The notes beneath the pieces are model-generated. The model did no database searches, was not told the origin of the DNA, and worked only from the letters and a program-made list of their open reading frames with translations. Below, one piece after another: positions 61,041 to 64,000 of a stretch of 64,000 bases of DNA; positions within the stretch are counted from its first letter, which is position 1; every line of letters starts with the position of its first letter. The position numbers and the translations under genes were made by a program. Source of the stretch: Raillietiella orientalis (taxonomy: Eukaryota); assembly GCA_036172245.1 (NCBI GenBank), contig JAYWIR010000002.1, positions 5,022,001 through 5,086,000 of the forward strand, given 5' to 3'.

Positions 61041-63116
61041 GGAGCTCTCGCGTGTCAGCAGAGTACGGCGCGTCTCGAGTGCTCTCCGGGATCGAAATTC
61101 CCGGTTGTTGTTGCTTTTTTTAAAAAAAAAAAAGAGAAAAAAGAGTCCCGTATTTCGGTCTGCGCGTAAAGTTGCAGCAGAGCTGCACGGGAGGATGCGC
61201 GCAAGAGTTTAGAGCGGCTTCAGAAGAAAAGCACGCAAGCAAGCGGCCTTGACGCTTCTCCTCCCGTCGGTCCATCCCGTGCATTTCCTTGCCGCGCGTG
61301 GGATACATTGCATGGAATTTTGTTGAGCCCGGTGTCCATGTGACCAAAGATCGTTCACCGGCATCTGCTGTTAATCGAACGCTTGAACGAGGCCTTCAGC
61401 TCAGCTCAGCATCAGTGATGTTTCTTATTTAAATCTCAATGCTTACAGGACCGAAACCACATCTAGGCATCCCTCAGTGATTGTCTTGGAAGTTTGCCTT
61501 GGTCGTTTGTAACACGTATCTTTGGATGCTGTCGTTCATGAAGGCTGGATCGATCTACAGGTTAGGGTCCCATCCGTTTGTGATATGATCTGATGACGGG
61601 TTCAGAAGCATTTCGTTTCATTTTGCATCATCTTTGTTGTTGGTTGCTGTCGAGAGGAAAGCCTTCAGGGCAGATCTTTCTGAAGAGGTGCTTCCATTTT
61701 GAAAGGTTGATTTGGTGTGTTCTCCACCTGCTATTCCACGGGAAAGAAGTAGCTTGGAAGAGACGGCGCACTCCTCAAACAGCACAGCGGAGATACGAGA
61801 GAGATTGGCGTAGCGGTGGTGGTTTGTGCGCCAAGCGGTGGTGGTCCAACTAGGAGCGCGGTTTTCAAAGCGATGCAGCCGGTCGTGGACGGATGCAAAG
61901 GGTGGAGGAGATTCCCCGGAGCTTGGTACAGAGAGGAACAGCGACTCGAAACTTACTCTGTTCCATCGAAAAGAGTGCATCGAAAGAGATGCTGCTGCTC
62001 CCTTCAGAACGTGTCCTTCCCAAGTCCGGCAGTTATCTGGACTGAATGTTGGATTCTCCCGCTCTTTCTCTTCCTTTCGTCTGAACAGTGCAGCGTTGGA
62101 ATTTCCGGGTTGGAAACTCTTCAGAAGCGCTCCTCACCCGAGTTCGAACGGTGGACCGGAACATAGAGTTGAAGGCTAATTCAAGAGCAGGTCGGACGAT
62201 GGAAATGGTTCATCCGTGGGAGGAAAGAACCTGATGCCCGACAGATGGATGGGTGGAGTCAATTCTTCAAGTTTCTGTTCCGCTCGTGGGTTGACGGTGC
62301 TTATCGGGAAAGGGTTTCGGTGCAAAGAAACGTAAATCCTGTTTAAAGAAGGGACGATTCTGCCATCAGGGCATTAAGCGCACGCTGGCAATCTCCTCTC
62401 TGCACCACGAAATGCAATCTGCAAATGTACTGCGATGATAAGGTTACAGTTGGATTCATAGTTTAGAGCAGATTTCAATGTGAAACGTGCACTGAGTGTT
62501 CGATTGTGTTGCAAGGAACAGCTTCTTGGGAGTACGTTTACAGACCGGCATACAAACCTATGAAACATTTGGTACATCTCAGTGCAGTAGATTGACTCGT
62601 CTTCGGAATTCTCTCTCCTGAATTCTCATTTATCCTGGAAATTGATCTCAGGAAGGATAGCAATTTACAAATTCTTCTACATCATTTGAACAAAGGCATT
62701 TCACACCCACTGCTCCCGTGGAGATGCATTCCTTAACGCATCAAATCGAAATGGGCTTCCTGTTGCCTCTTCACATTGTACTATCAAACAGTACACCCGA
62801 TCGGGGTTCGTTCGAAAGGGCAAGTGATTTCGTGCGGTCCGCATGGCACGCCTGCCGTGGCAGCGAAGAGCGGCGGTCAGAAAGCGCAGCGAACGCGCGC
62901 GGCATTCGGCGATCACGTGGAAATGCTGTGGCCGTTCTGTGATTCTCGGGGCGAATAGTCGTATTGCAGTGTTTCCACTGTAGAAAGAATGGAGAACGAT
63001 ATGCGTGAGTTTCCGCTGAGCCTTCACGTGTTACTTCATGGGAGTGAAATCTGTCTCTCAAGGAAAGTGACTAAAAAAAAAAAAAAAACTAAAGAAGGCG
63101 GATCAAAGAAAAAATA

Positions 63117-63154
63117 CATCAACGCTGTTGGGAAATTTCCCAACGGCGTTGATG
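63117..63154. other. 38-bp near-perfect palindrome
   Basis: CATCAACGCTGTTGGGAAA|TTTCCCAACGGCGTTGATG, one mismatch. Confidence 0.9.
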
Positions 63155-64000
63155 GGAAGTGGAAGATGCGCACGGTTGAGGCCACCGGATCGTTTCACGT
63201 CACGTGGTGTGCATCGAATTCTTCGGTACCTCCTTCGAACGCTGGCTTGCCTGGCTTTCTCGAGAACGCTTCCCCTTTCTTCCAGGGAAAGTGAGGTTTC
63301 CGCACCGTTTCTCTCTGGTCAGCTCAGGTTGCATAGGCAGCCATTCATTCCGCAGGAAGCAGAACTGATAAAGAAACGCGTGCTGTGCGTCCTGGTCCAG
63401 TGGATGTCCAAGGAAAACGGACGCGAAGAGGTTCCACAGAGAAGACGAGACACCAATGAACCGTCCTGATGGGACCTCCGCGAATTAAAGGACGCGAATC
63501 AGTCACCTTCCGTTCTTTTCACGCTGATGGCGCAGCTCCCGACACGCACGCAGCCCTCGGCTGCACACGACCTTCGAGAAAAGGGTCGGATGCCGCCCCT
63601 GGGTCCTGGAGCTGGGCCTTCCTTTCGTCCCAGCTCTCTTCGCCTTTCAGGGCTGAAGAGAGCAGCTTGAAAGGGCGCGTCTTCCTACAGGCGGAGCAAA
63701 CAGAGAAGTGCGCTAAATTGCTTCTGCTTGGCGTCTCACCGGGAGCGCAACCTGGCGGAAAAGATGGGTTGATGCGGGCCATGGGAGGTGCCTCCTTGGA
63801 ATCTGCCGGGGCCACACGGGTGCGCGAATACGAAAGTGTGTCAAAGTGTCTGTGGGCATCGGAGCAGTGGGAAGCTGGCATCTCAGGAGCGCCCGTAGCT
63901 GCACTCTTAGAGAAGTCGCGAAGACATATCGAGTTGGTTAAAAAGATTAAATGCGTTCTGAGACTCTGCACGTCTGGCGCTTGCTCTTCCTGATAAGATA

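Noticed and set aside
62989..63070. LLHGSEI as the possible next Gyc76C exon
   Set aside because: The HGNLKSSNC-type continuation is absent and there is no suitable acceptor.

Overview
Eukaryotic, most likely arthropod, genomic DNA. The inference rests on GT-AG spliced exons, microsatellites and an insect-type receptor guanylate cyclase; the species cannot be determined from sequence alone. The one intact gene I can support is the 5' part of a receptor-type guanylate cyclase resembling Drosophila Gyc76C: ten + strand coding exons from 29201 to 59346 that splice in phase to 680 aa. These cover the signal peptide, ANF-receptor-type ectodomain, TM helix and the start of the kinase-homology domain; the cyclase domain lies beyond the window. 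Much of the rest is a graveyard of heavily decayed APE-endonuclease non-LTR retrotransposons (LINEs), recognisable only as degenerate motifs. One near-full-length antisense L1/Tx1-like copy fills intron 2. The most unusual features are: two long inverted repeats with patchy high identity in the first 7 kb; a three-copy dispersed element with a variable array of ~40-42 nt units that is both hairpin-rich and peptide-repeat-like; two stop-free 3n micro-introns; and a sharp exon-to-exon GC3 mosaic within the gene. I found no convincing new biological system. All motif calls were made by eye and TE boundaries are approximate.
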